This document shows, in pieces, positions 46,915 to 56,012 of a stretch of 64,000 nucleotides of DNA (position 1 is the stretch's first letter; each line of letters begins with the position of its first letter). The DNA is from Candidatus Sumerlaeota bacterium (GTDB lineage: Bacteria; Sumerlaeota; Sumerlaeia; Sumerlaeales; Sumerlaeaceae): positions 86,444-150,443 of the forward strand of contig JAPLSQ010000073.1 of NCBI GenBank assembly GCA_026398535.1, read 5' to 3'. The notes below the pieces were generated by a model, which saw only the letters and a program-made list of their open reading frames with translations, had not been told where the DNA came from and did not search any database. Both the position numbers and the translations under genes were made by a program.

Positions 46915-48528
46915 ATGCCTGATACCCAGCCGCCTCTTCCCGGCGCAACGGCACGTCCCGCGCGCGCGGCCGCCGTGATCATTTTGACGCTTGCCCTGCT
47001 GTTTCCCATCCTGCTTCTGGGCAGGCTGGCTCCCCTTCCCTTCGCCCGCGCGTCGCTGGCGATGAGAATTCCATGGTATCAGCTCGACAATGAAGAGGGC
47101 GCCCTTCTTTTTCAGACGCTTGAGATGAAACAGGGGCGGACGATCTACCGCCCGCTCACGGATTATCCGTATGTCGCGGGCACTTATCCCCCGCTGTACA
47201 TGCTGGCGTGCGCGCCGTTTGCCGACGCGGATAACCCGACTTTTTACATGGGACGCGCGATGACAGCCGGCGCGGCGCTCGGCATCGCGGTGCTGATCAT
47301 GGCAATCACCGGCATGCGCGCGGGCAACGCACTTGCCGGCGTGGCGGGGGGGCTGGCGTTTCTGGCAACGTTCGAGGTTTACAACTGGATCGCGTATTAC
47401 CGCGCCGATCTGCCGGCCATTTTTCTTTCGTTGCTGGGGCTGATGTGCGTGGAGGTGTCGCAGCCGCGCAACCGCACGGCAAAAATCCTGTCGGTTCTTT
47501 TTTTTGCCGCGGCCTTCTACACCAAGCAAACCGTTCTGGCGGCGCCCCTCGCGGCGGTGATCCACTACTTTCTCCGGTGCGGAAGGCGCGCGGGGTTATC
47601 CTATCTTGCCGGGCTGGCGGTCGCGCTGGCGGTTCCTTTCGTCATCCTGAACCTTCTGACGCATGGACAGTTCTTCGAGCACACGGTTATCTATAACATG
47701 AACACATGGCGCGCGGGCGATCTGCTGATCTGGATGCGCCACGCGTGGCGGTTTTACCCGTGGCTGATCATGGCGGGGGGAGTGGCGCTGACCGCGGGAT
47801 TCATCGCGTTTTTGCCCCGGCGCGGCGATGCCGGCGCGGGACCCGTCGGGGTCATCGCGCTCTATGCCTTGTTTTCCCTGGTGGGATTCGCCGCCGTGGG
47901 CAAGGCGGGTTCGGCGGAGAATTACCTGCTTGAGCCGCTTGCGGCGGTCTGCCTGCTTGTGGGGGAACAGTTCGGGCGCATGATCCGGATTGTCTTGAAA
48001 GGCGGCAGACCGCTGCCCGCCGTGATGATTGCCGCGGCGCTGGTCCTGCTGATGGGGGCGCATTCATATCGTGTGGAGCGCCTGCGCCCGATCATGTTCA
48101 GCCCGTTGAAAAATCCCGGCAGCAGGGATGTGGCCGCCGCAAGGGAGGCGGTCATCAAAATAGTGAACGAACCCGGCCGGACGTGGTCCGAGCTTGGCAT
48201 CCTCAATCTGGCGGCGGGGCGAAGCATCTATTTCCAGCCCTTCATCATGAGCGAGCTGGCGCGCCAGCGCCGGTGGAATCCAGGGCATCTTTACGATGAC
48301 TTGCGCGAGGGGCGCTTTGCGCTCCTCGTCACAAATTACGATGTCGCGTCGCGCAAGCCGACCGATGTCTACACGACGGAAATGCTGGACATTCTGCGCT
48401 CGCGCTACGAGCAGACCGATCAGATCACGGGCGGGCGTTTGTGGAAGTATTACCTGTACCGGCCGCGGGCGCCCATCAATCAGGAGAACCTGGTGAGCCT
48501 TGACATTGCCCGGGCGGCGCCAAGCTGA
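46915..48528 (+). CDS. GT-C superfamily membrane glycosyltransferase (ArnT/PMT-like, GT39/83-type)
   Basis: Start ATG at 46915, 1 nt after the GT9 stop. It is polytopic (>=10 TM) with a periplasmic C-terminal domain. The overall ArnT/PMT layout fits, and there is a DxD-like motif DADNPTFY in the first loop. Confidence 0.6.
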   Translation: MPDTQPPLPGATARPARAAAVIILTLALLFPILLLGRLAPLPFARASLAMRIPWYQLDNEEGALLFQTLEMKQGRTIYRPLTDYPYVAGTYPPLYMLACAPFADADNPTFYMGRAMTAGAALGIAVLIMAITGMRAGNALAGVAGGLAFLATFEVYNWIAYYRADLPAIFLSLLGLMCVEVSQPRNRTAKILSVLFFAAAFYTKQTVLAAPLAAVIHYFLRCGRRAGLSYLAGLAVALAVPFVILNLLTHGQFFEHTVIYNMNTWRAGDLLIWMRHAWRFYPWLIMAGGVALTAGFIAFLPRRGDAGAGPVGVIALYALFSLVGFAAVGKAGSAENYLLEPLAAVCLLVGEQFGRMIRIVLKGGRPLPAVMIAAALVLLMGAHSYRVERLRPIMFSPLKNPGSRDVAAAREAVIKIVNEPGRTWSELGILNLAAGRSIYFQPFIMSELARQRRWNPGHLYDDLREGRFALLVTNYDVASRKPTDVYTTEMLDILRSRYEQTDQITGGRLWKYYLYRPRAPINQENLVSLDIARAAPS

Positions 48529-48753
48529 AAAATCAGACCGGGGCGTTCCGTCACCATGTCTTTGTGTCACTGTGGCATGCATGTTGTTTTGTGATGTTTT
48601 AAATGTTTCACCACAAGGCGCTGAGGAGAAGCAAATAGCTTGCGGGCGCAGATGTTGATTTGAAGATGAAATTGTTGAAAAAGCAGAGGCAGGCGAGGAT
48701 GCCTGTGCCATAACATATGCATGGCAATAAAACAGTGAAAGGATTTGCTTTAG

Positions 48754-49335
48754 ATGTCATTCACACTTGAAATTGGCCAACAGGCTCCGCCGTTCCGGCT
48801 TCCGGCCACGGACGGGAAGGAATACGGGCTTGAGGATTTCGCGCCGGCGAAAATTGTCGTTGTTGTCTTTTCGTGCAATCACTGCCCGTTTGTTGTGGGA
48901 AGCGAGGATCGCATGACCGCTTTCCAGCGCGATTACGCGGCGCGCGGCGCGCGGATGGTTGCCATCAACTCCAACGAGACGGACAACCACCCGACAGACA
49001 GTTTTGAGCACATGATTGAGCGGGCACGCCAGAAGGGCTTTAATTTCCCCTATCTTCGCGACGAGCCGCAGGATGTGGCGCGCGCGTATGGGGCGTTGCG
49101 GACGCCTCATTATTTCGTCTTCGATGAAAAGCGCGTCCTGCGCTACACGGGGCGGATGGACGACAATCCCCGCGATGCGGCGAAGGCAGTGACCCGCGAA
49201 CTGCGCGACGCCGTCGACGCGCTGTTGGCCGGGCAGCCCGTCCCGCAGCCCGTCACCAATCCCATCGGTTGCAATGTCAAGTGGCGCGGAAAGGCCGAGC
49301 ACTGGATGCCTCCGGAAGCGTGCGACCTGGCGTGA
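48754..49335 (+). CDS. thioredoxin-fold protein (AhpC/TSA-TlpA-like)
   Basis: 193 aa with the redox motif FSCNHCPF (CxxC-type). The beta-alpha-beta thioredoxin layout fits. Confidence 0.6.
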   Translation: MSFTLEIGQQAPPFRLPATDGKEYGLEDFAPAKIVVVVFSCNHCPFVVGSEDRMTAFQRDYAARGARMVAINSNETDNHPTDSFEHMIERARQKGFNFPYLRDEPQDVARAYGALRTPHYFVFDEKRVLRYTGRMDDNPRDAAKAVTRELRDAVDALLAGQPVPQPVTNPIGCNVKWRGKAEHWMPPEACDLA

Positions 49336-50039
49336 AGGCGGAAAATGCCAGCGCGGGGATTTTCCTGCCGCCTTCCGTTGCGCGGGCGGCTTTCGGGGCG
49401 ATTGCCATTTTCATCCTTGTGATGGCATGGTACTCCTGCCGCACCTATTACAGCCGTTATTTCATTGTTGCGGCCACGCGGGGTGTTCATGGCGAAAGGG
49501 AGTATGAGGACAATCTCCGGCAATCCATCCGGTTCGATCCGGCCTTTGGCCATGCGCGGCTGCTCTTGGCGCGGCTGCTGATGAAGCGCGGCGACAACGA
49601 AGGCGCCCTGAGCCAGCAGCGCCAGGGCATGAGCTCCTTCCGTCCGGTGCGCGCTTTCGCCCAGATGGGCAGCATCAGGGAGAAGCAGGAGGCCCGGGGC
49701 CAGGCGGTCTTATATTTTCAGCGCGCGCTGCGCATGTATCCCGCCTACATCGAGGTGCTCCAAAGCCTTGCCGTTCTCGCCCTTCGCGAGGGCGACTCCG
49801 AGGCGCTCGACTGGGCGGTGGGCCACATCAAAAGGATCGACCTCAACGACATCAATTCCTATTATCTGCTGGCGCGCGACGCCGAGCAGGTGGGCAATCT
49901 TCAAACCGCGCTGATGAACTACAAGAAGATCTCGGCGATGCTCACAAGTCTGAAGGTGGAGAAGGACCAGTTGCTTTTTGATCCCGGCGATGTGGCGTTG
50001 AGGATCAGGCAAATTCAGGAAAGCGGAGGAACCCGCTGA
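49269..50039 (+). CDS. membrane-anchored TPR repeat protein (start uncertain, likely GTG 49419/ATG 49422 or non-ATG further upstream)
   Basis: One TM segment (AAFGAIAIFILVMAWY) precedes TPR-like helical repeats (ARLLMKRGDNEGAL..., AVLYFQRALRMYPAYIEVL...). The ORF-track start overlaps the upstream gene and is probably too long. Confidence 0.45.
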   Translation: MQCQVARKGRALDASGSVRPGVKAENASAGIFLPPSVARAAFGAIAIFILVMAWYSCRTYYSRYFIVAATRGVHGEREYEDNLRQSIRFDPAFGHARLLLARLLMKRGDNEGALSQQRQGMSSFRPVRAFAQMGSIREKQEARGQAVLYFQRALRMYPAYIEVLQSLAVLALREGDSEALDWAVGHIKRIDLNDINSYYLLARDAEQVGNLQTALMNYKKISAMLTSLKVEKDQLLFDPGDVALRIRQIQESGGTR

Positions 50040-50058
50040 CTGGCGGGAGCGTTTTTAC

Positions 50059-51537
50059 ATGGCAATCCGCAAGATCATTTTCTTCTGCGTCATCGGGTTG
50101 CTTGCCGTGCTGGCGGCCGCGCAAATCTGGCCCGCGCGCGCCTTTTTCATGATCAACAAGGCGCACTACCTGATGAACCAGGCCAAGTGGGACAAAGCCC
50201 GGGGCATTCTGAAGAGCGTGCTGGCCATCCAGCCCGGCAACGACGAGGCTTGCCATCTGCTGGCTTGGGCGGACATGCATCTTGGCGATTACGAAGGCGC
50301 GCGGAATCTTCTGGAGACGCTTGACGCCAGCCCGGACAAGGAGTATGGGATTGCGCTGGCCTCCTACCAGCTGGATCTCACCAGCTCGGCCGTGTTGCAT
50401 TTCCGCGGGGCGGTGTCCCGGGAGGGCGGGCGTCTGACCTCTTCGCGGAAACAGCTTGCCGCCATGGCTGCAGGCGAATTGTCCGAGTCCATGTCGTCGG
50501 AACTGCTTTCGTCCTCAAATGCCGGGCTTCAACCGCTTGATGAGATGTTGAAGAACAGCATCGAAGGCCGTATTCTTTTCAGAAGAAGCGAGTTCACGGA
50601 GGCTGAGCCAAGACTGGCCAGGGCGCTCGAAATGGGCGACCGCACCTCCGACACATTGTTGCTGGCCTGCGCCGCCAACGCGGCTCTCGGCAATTACCCC
50701 CGCGCCAAGTGGTATGCGGACCACTCGCCCAATATTTTGGCGTTTTATCCGGCGCTGGCGGAGAAGCTCACCCATGCCAGCGACCGTTTCACCAGCCGCA
50801 CCTTCTCGACTTACATGGCCGCCCGATTCGCGGAACTGCGCCGCCATATGGTCGAAGCCCGGCTGTGGGCGCGATTGCGCGGAGCCGAGCAGGCCGGCAC
50901 GACTGAGGCGCTGGAACAGACGCTCGACGAGACTGAGCGCCTTGTGGCAGCCAAACCGGCCAGCCTGACGCCCGGAATTCTTCTGGCGGAATCGCTCGAA
51001 GCGACCGGACGCTACCGCGACGCCTACCTGCAATACGAGTCTCTGTATAACCGCCAGCCCTGCTATGCGCTGCTTTTGCGCATGCGCGACCTGGCGGGTG
51101 ACATCCCGGAGATTAAAGCGGCCCGCGCCGCCTTCATCATGGATGTTCCCTCGGCCATCCATGTCTCCGCCGGCGAGATGAACAGCACATCGGGGCTTCT
51201 GCGCCGCGATCACATGGCGCTATTCAATTCGGGCAGCGTCACGGTGATGGTGGAAATTCCCGTACAGGGATATTACAGGATCAACGTCATCGCACGCGGC
51301 GACCGCGCGGAGGGGCTCAATCCGCTTATGAAAATCACGGTGGATGACCAGACGCCGGAACACATTTACGTTGCGCGGGAAGGATGGGATTGTTATGCGG
51401 TAACACGTTATTTAGGTCAAGGAACTCATCGTGTCGAAATGGAATTTTTAAATGACAATCGGAACCGCGCCGCAAATGATGATGACCGCAACTTGTATCT
51501 TGGCGGACTGATTGTATCAAGAACGGGAGTATATTGA
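50059..51537 (+). CDS. membrane-anchored TPR protein with C-terminal acidic beta-sandwich (carbohydrate-binding-like) domain
   Basis: N-terminal TM (IIFFCVIGLLAVLAAA) is followed by TPR-like repeats. The C-terminal ~110 aa is beta-rich with an acidic cluster (VTVMVEIPVQGYYRINV...FLNDNRNRAANDDDRNLYLGG). It is paralogous in layout to 53752..54984. Confidence 0.5.
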   Translation: MAIRKIIFFCVIGLLAVLAAAQIWPARAFFMINKAHYLMNQAKWDKARGILKSVLAIQPGNDEACHLLAWADMHLGDYEGARNLLETLDASPDKEYGIALASYQLDLTSSAVLHFRGAVSREGGRLTSSRKQLAAMAAGELSESMSSELLSSSNAGLQPLDEMLKNSIEGRILFRRSEFTEAEPRLARALEMGDRTSDTLLLACAANAALGNYPRAKWYADHSPNILAFYPALAEKLTHASDRFTSRTFSTYMAARFAELRRHMVEARLWARLRGAEQAGTTEALEQTLDETERLVAAKPASLTPGILLAESLEATGRYRDAYLQYESLYNRQPCYALLLRMRDLAGDIPEIKAARAAFIMDVPSAIHVSAGEMNSTSGLLRRDHMALFNSGSVTVMVEIPVQGYYRINVIARGDRAEGLNPLMKITVDDQTPEHIYVAREGWDCYAVTRYLGQGTHRVEMEFLNDNRNRAANDDDRNLYLGGLIVSRTGVY

Positions 51538-53704
51538 ATTGAGCGTTGATCAATTGCCAGTAGCCGAACAAGAAATGCCCGAGGCGCCGCCGCAAGCCCG
51601 GCATGTTGACCATCTTGCGGAAATCGTGGCTCACCTGTGGAAGCGGCGCTGGTTCATCATCAAATTCGTGTCCGCGGCAATAGTAATCTTCACCGCGGTG
51701 CTGTTCCTGATTCCCAAGCGCTACAAGGGCGAAACCATCATCATCATCCTCCCGCCGCGGTTCATTTCGGATGTGCGCACGGAGGCGCTGACAGTCACCA
51801 CGGCGCGCACGATCCTCGACACCAGCGAATCCTCGCTGAAGATCATTGAGCGCATCAAGCTGACAAAAACCATCGTCGACGAGGCGGTCAAACAATTCGG
51901 GTATCCTGCCGGCATTGACAAATTGATGGACATGACCGCCGATGATTTTTCCCGGCTCACCCCGCCCGTCTCCGAACAAGTGTCGCTTTATCTTGCCGAT
52001 TTGGGCCGCGAGGAGTTCAACGCCGTGCAGGAATGGAAATGGTCAGACATCAACGACCTCACGGTTGACGAATTGTCCAAGTCGCTGGAAAGCGAGGAAG
52101 TGATCGAGAAAAAAACGGTCGCGGACATCAAGTTCTCGCCGCTGATCAAATTATACGCTGTGGCTGATACCGGCCCGAAGGCGCAACTCATCGCCAACAC
52201 ATGGGCCTCGGTTTTTGAGGAGAAATACAACGACATCACAAACAAAAAAACCCGGCGCCAGTACCAATCGATCGTGTTGCAACAGCGCGAGAGCGAGGCG
52301 GAATTTCAGGACATCCAAACGTCGATCGTCAAGTTCAAATCCTTGCACAACCTCGAACTCTACCAGAGACTGATTGATGTGTACTCCGAGGATTTCCGTG
52401 GCTTCATGGGGCAGTTGATCCAGAAGCGCAGCGCGTTGGGCGCCGAAAAACGCAAACTCGCGCGGTTGCACCAAGTGCTGACCTCAATGGAGGGCGATGG
52501 GCAGTGGGTGGGCAAGATCAATTTCATCGAGTCGGATGCCGAGCCGACCACCAGCTCCGTCCTTATGGCGCGCGAGACGACCCTTCCCGCCACCCTTGTG
52601 TCCGAAACGAGCGTGATTTCCAAGGATGAACCCCCCGTCAAAATTTCGTCCAGTGAGCAATCGCCCGTCTGGGACAACAAGGAAAAGGGAGATGCCAGCC
52701 AGAGCAATGCCGATGAATTGCTCGACACTCAGGAATTTATGCAGAATATACGCGGCAAGGCGCTTGAGAGCCGCATACGCCTCAAGGAAGCCATTTCTCA
52801 GATGCGCAAATTCTCCGAGCTGTATCCGCTCGAGCTCATGGACAAGGACAGGGACAAGCTGCAATCGGAATACATTGAAGCGCAGGGAAAGCTGCGCATG
52901 GGGCAGATCAGGATAGTAGTTCTGCAGAAAACGATCGCGACGCTCGACACCGAGTTGTCCACCACGCCGAAATTCATCGTGCTGAGCAAGGATGTGCCTG
53001 ACGTGACGATCGCCGATGCCGCGACACAGGGGCGCCGCAGTGAAGTGCGGGCCGCTTCAGATATCAAGTTCAAGCGCGAGGAACTAAACCCCGTCTGGTC
53101 AAGCCTGATCGAACAAAAAACCAAGCAGGACTTTGAATACGAGATGATGCGCAACGAAGTGGATTTGTTGAGGACACTTGTCCCCGGGAAGGAGATCGAA
53201 CTCAAGAGTCTGCAGATGCAGATCGACAGGGCGACAATATACTCGGCGCTTGCCAAGGAGAACCTCTCCAACTGGGTGCGGGCCAGCCGCGAGCTTTACG
53301 ATTCTTATGTGGACACGAACAACGAAATCCATAACACAGCGCGCCTGCTCGCGTTTTTGCAGGAGGAAGTGCGGCAGCTTGAGGAGGAGTCAGGGCGGAC
53401 GGGAGCGCTGGCAGAGAAATACCAGCAGTTGTACAACGAGGCGGCCGCCACGCTCAACCTGCTCGAGTCGAACCAGCGCGCCATCAAGCGCAACAGCGAC
53501 CTGCTGATGCAGAAACTTCAGGATGCGCAGACCGCCGTCCGCCAGGAAATGAGCGATGTGTCCATGGCCGCGGCCGCCGTCACGCCCCAGAAGCATTATT
53601 TCCCCAAGCGCATGATCTCGCTGGCTGTTCTGACCGCGCTCACGGGGCTGTTGCTGATCGCGGGTCTTGCGCGCCAGAAACTGCTGGAATTGAAAGTCGC
53701 GTGA
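51512..53704 (+). CDS. polysaccharide co-polymerase (Wzz/GumC-type chain-length determinant) without tyrosine-kinase domain
   Basis: 730 aa. An N-terminal TM (WFIIKFVSAAIVIFTAVLFLIP) is followed by a ~600 aa periplasmic coiled-coil-rich region and a C-terminal TM (MISLAVLTALTGLLLIAGLA). No Walker A/B motifs. It overlaps the upstream gene by 26 bp. An alternative start ATG lies at 51575. Confidence 0.6.
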   Translation: MYQEREYIELSVDQLPVAEQEMPEAPPQARHVDHLAEIVAHLWKRRWFIIKFVSAAIVIFTAVLFLIPKRYKGETIIIILPPRFISDVRTEALTVTTARTILDTSESSLKIIERIKLTKTIVDEAVKQFGYPAGIDKLMDMTADDFSRLTPPVSEQVSLYLADLGREEFNAVQEWKWSDINDLTVDELSKSLESEEVIEKKTVADIKFSPLIKLYAVADTGPKAQLIANTWASVFEEKYNDITNKKTRRQYQSIVLQQRESEAEFQDIQTSIVKFKSLHNLELYQRLIDVYSEDFRGFMGQLIQKRSALGAEKRKLARLHQVLTSMEGDGQWVGKINFIESDAEPTTSSVLMARETTLPATLVSETSVISKDEPPVKISSSEQSPVWDNKEKGDASQSNADELLDTQEFMQNIRGKALESRIRLKEAISQMRKFSELYPLELMDKDRDKLQSEYIEAQGKLRMGQIRIVVLQKTIATLDTELSTTPKFIVLSKDVPDVTIADAATQGRRSEVRAASDIKFKREELNPVWSSLIEQKTKQDFEYEMMRNEVDLLRTLVPGKEIELKSLQMQIDRATIYSALAKENLSNWVRASRELYDSYVDTNNEIHNTARLLAFLQEEVRQLEEESGRTGALAEKYQQLYNEAAATLNLLESNQRAIKRNSDLLMQKLQDAQTAVRQEMSDVSMAAAAVTPQKHYFPKRMISLAVLTALTGLLLIAGLARQKLLELKVA

Positions 53705-53751
53705 CAGCAAATTGACATCCCGCCAACACGGGGATCACAAAACAGGATGAC

Positions 53752-54984
53752 ATGTTGCCCACTTCACAAATCCGCGGCAGAGCATATCGCTGGTTGACTG
53801 CCATGCTGACGGCACGGGGGCGAATCACGCTTTTTGTGGCGCTTGTGGCGTTTTTCTTTCTGGGTCTTTACACGATCCGGCCCGCGTTATGGCGGCTGTC
53901 GCACGTCCTTCCCGACAACTACCGCAACATCGCGGCACAGGCTGCCGCCGCGGGCGATTTCGGTACGGCGGAAAAAATCGCAAGACGCCGGCTGGAAACG
54001 GCTTTTTATGACTTCGACGCGCATTACATACTGGCCGACACCCTGGCGCGCCAGAACAAGCCCGCCGAAGCGGCTCTTGTCATCAAGGATGTGATGACCC
54101 GTCTGCCGGGCGCGCGGTCCAAACGGGCGCTTGGCGCGGGTTATGACGAAGCGCGCACGCTTTGCCTGCTGGCCGGTTATCTGTGGGATGCGGGTCTGTT
54201 TTTCGAGGCGGGCGAGATGGGGCGCGCCGCGCTTGATGCCACAACGCCGCGCATGGCGGCGCAGCTTGCCGCCAAAATGACCGCCGACAACCCCAATCCG
54301 CGGGCGCGCCTTGCCGCCGCGCGCATCGCACTGAAAAACCGGGACAAAACGCTATTCGACCGCCAGCTTTCACCACTTGAACAGGGCAATGATGATGCCG
54401 CCGCACAAGCCGTGCTGCTACGCGCGGCATGGCAGGAGCACCGCGACGCCAGCACCACGGCGGCGGAAGTGGTTCTGCGCAACGCCACGCAACGATTTCC
54501 CGGCCAGCCCGCCCTGAAACTGGCGCTTGCTGGTTTGCTTGACCGCACCGGCCAGACCACGGAATCGCAAACGCTCATCGACGAAATCGGGACGACAACG
54601 GGCACGCGCACCGCTGGCCCGGGGCTCTTCCAATTGCCGCCAACCGCTGTCCTCATGCCCGGCAGCGATGGCATCTTGTTGCGAAACAACAGCGTGGCCA
54701 GCGTTCAGTTCAACACAGGCGTTTTCAGAAACACATCGCTTCTGGCTGCCATGCGGGGATCGGCCGCGCTGGGTTTGTTTCCGATCGTGATCGTTAAAAG
54801 CGGCGAAACCGAACTCACCCGCCTTTACATCGATGATCCCCAACCCCGCATTTATGATATTGCCTTCTGGCCCGATGGCGCGCCCAAACTGCTCGATCTG
54901 CGTTTCCAGTTCATCAATGACGCCTACGATCCTTACTCAAAAGAGGATCGCAATGTTGTCATTTCGAATGTAATGACCCACTGA
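53752..54984 (+). CDS. membrane-anchored TPR protein with C-terminal beta-sandwich domain (paralog of 50059..51537)
   Basis: N-terminal TM (ITLFVALVAFFFLGLY) is followed by TPR-like helices. The C-terminal beta-rich domain shares a pattern with the 50059 protein (RFQFINDAYDPYSKEDRNVVISNV vs MEFLNDNRNRAANDDDRNLYLGGL). Confidence 0.5.
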   Translation: MLPTSQIRGRAYRWLTAMLTARGRITLFVALVAFFFLGLYTIRPALWRLSHVLPDNYRNIAAQAAAAGDFGTAEKIARRRLETAFYDFDAHYILADTLARQNKPAEAALVIKDVMTRLPGARSKRALGAGYDEARTLCLLAGYLWDAGLFFEAGEMGRAALDATTPRMAAQLAAKMTADNPNPRARLAAARIALKNRDKTLFDRQLSPLEQGNDDAAAQAVLLRAAWQEHRDASTTAAEVVLRNATQRFPGQPALKLALAGLLDRTGQTTESQTLIDEIGTTTGTRTAGPGLFQLPPTAVLMPGSDGILLRNNSVASVQFNTGVFRNTSLLAAMRGSAALGLFPIVIVKSGETELTRLYIDDPQPRIYDIAFWPDGAPKLLDLRFQFINDAYDPYSKEDRNVVISNVMTH

Positions 54985-55011
54985 TACTGAGACTGAGTTC
55001 AGGCAGGGGGA

Positions 55012-55893
55012 TTAAAGAATGTTCTTATAAAACCGGGCGGGATTAATGGGCTGACCGTCAACCTGAATCTCGAAATGCAGGTGGGGGCCTGTTGAGTAGC
55101 CTGTTGAGCCCACATCGGCAATGTATTCACCGCGGCGGATGACGTCGCCCGCGTCGGTCAGCAGTCTTGAGCAGTGCCCATAAAGCGTCTGGTAGCCGTT
55201 GTTGTGGTCGATGATGACGCAACGCCCGTATCCGCTTCGCCAGCCGCTCCATACCACGCGGCCGCCGTCGGCCGCGAAAATCTTGGTGCCTGGACGCGCC
55301 GAAAGGTCCACGCCCTTGTGCATTCTCGTGTCGCCGCCGATGGGATGGACCCTCATGCCGAAACCGCTCGAAACGCGCTTGAGGCGCGAGGTCATGATTG
55401 GAAAGGCAAAGCGCCCGCCCGAGTCAGCCACGATGGTCGCCTTGGTTGGTTTGTTTGTCTGCGCCGTCCACATATCCCACTGGGTGGCCTTGCGCGCGTC
55501 GGTGTAGAAATTCGGCGCCGAGGCTGGCGCCGAACTGCCCGGCAGGTAGGTGTTGGCCACGACCACTTTTTGTTGCGAGGCGCTGGAACTGGCGCGCACG
55601 GACGACGGCTGGAAAGCCACAAAATATTTCTTCCCGTCCTTGTCGAGGTGAATGCCGTCGCTTGTGATCGCCGCGATTTTGTGGCCGTAAAGCGGATCCC
55701 CCACTTTGTAGAATGCGCCGGTGAGCGTGTTTGAATCCTCTATCAATGCCGTCTGCCTGCCCTGAAAGCTCGCGGTTCCGATGATTCTTATATTCAAATT
55801 GTCAGGGGCTGGCGGTCTCGATTCGGCACTCACCTCGCCCGCAATGCAGGTTGTTAAAAAAAGCAAGCCCGCAAGCGCAAGTTTATCCCTCAT
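55012..55893 (-). CDS. M23 family metallopeptidase (peptidoglycan DD-endopeptidase-like), secreted
   Basis: Signal peptide present. M23 motifs are HKGVD, GYQTLYGH and GPHLHFE. Confidence 0.8.
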   Translation of the reverse strand: MRDKLALAGLLFLTTCIAGEVSAESRPPAPDNLNIRIIGTASFQGRQTALIEDSNTLTGAFYKVGDPLYGHKIAAITSDGIHLDKDGKKYFVAFQPSSVRASSSASQQKVVVANTYLPGSSAPASAPNFYTDARKATQWDMWTAQTNKPTKATIVADSGGRFAFPIMTSRLKRVSSGFGMRVHPIGGDTRMHKGVDLSARPGTKIFAADGGRVVWSGWRSGYGRCVIIDHNNGYQTLYGHCSRLLTDAGDVIRRGEYIADVGSTGYSTGPHLHFEIQVDGQPINPARFYKNIL

Positions 55894-56012
55894 CTACTGC
55901 GCTCCCGTTGAACGCAACGCAATGGTTGCTATTTTTCTGACAATTCATGAAAAACATGTGACAAATAGTCTTTCCCATCAAGGCATGTCAAAGAAAAAAC
56001 GCGTCATGATGT

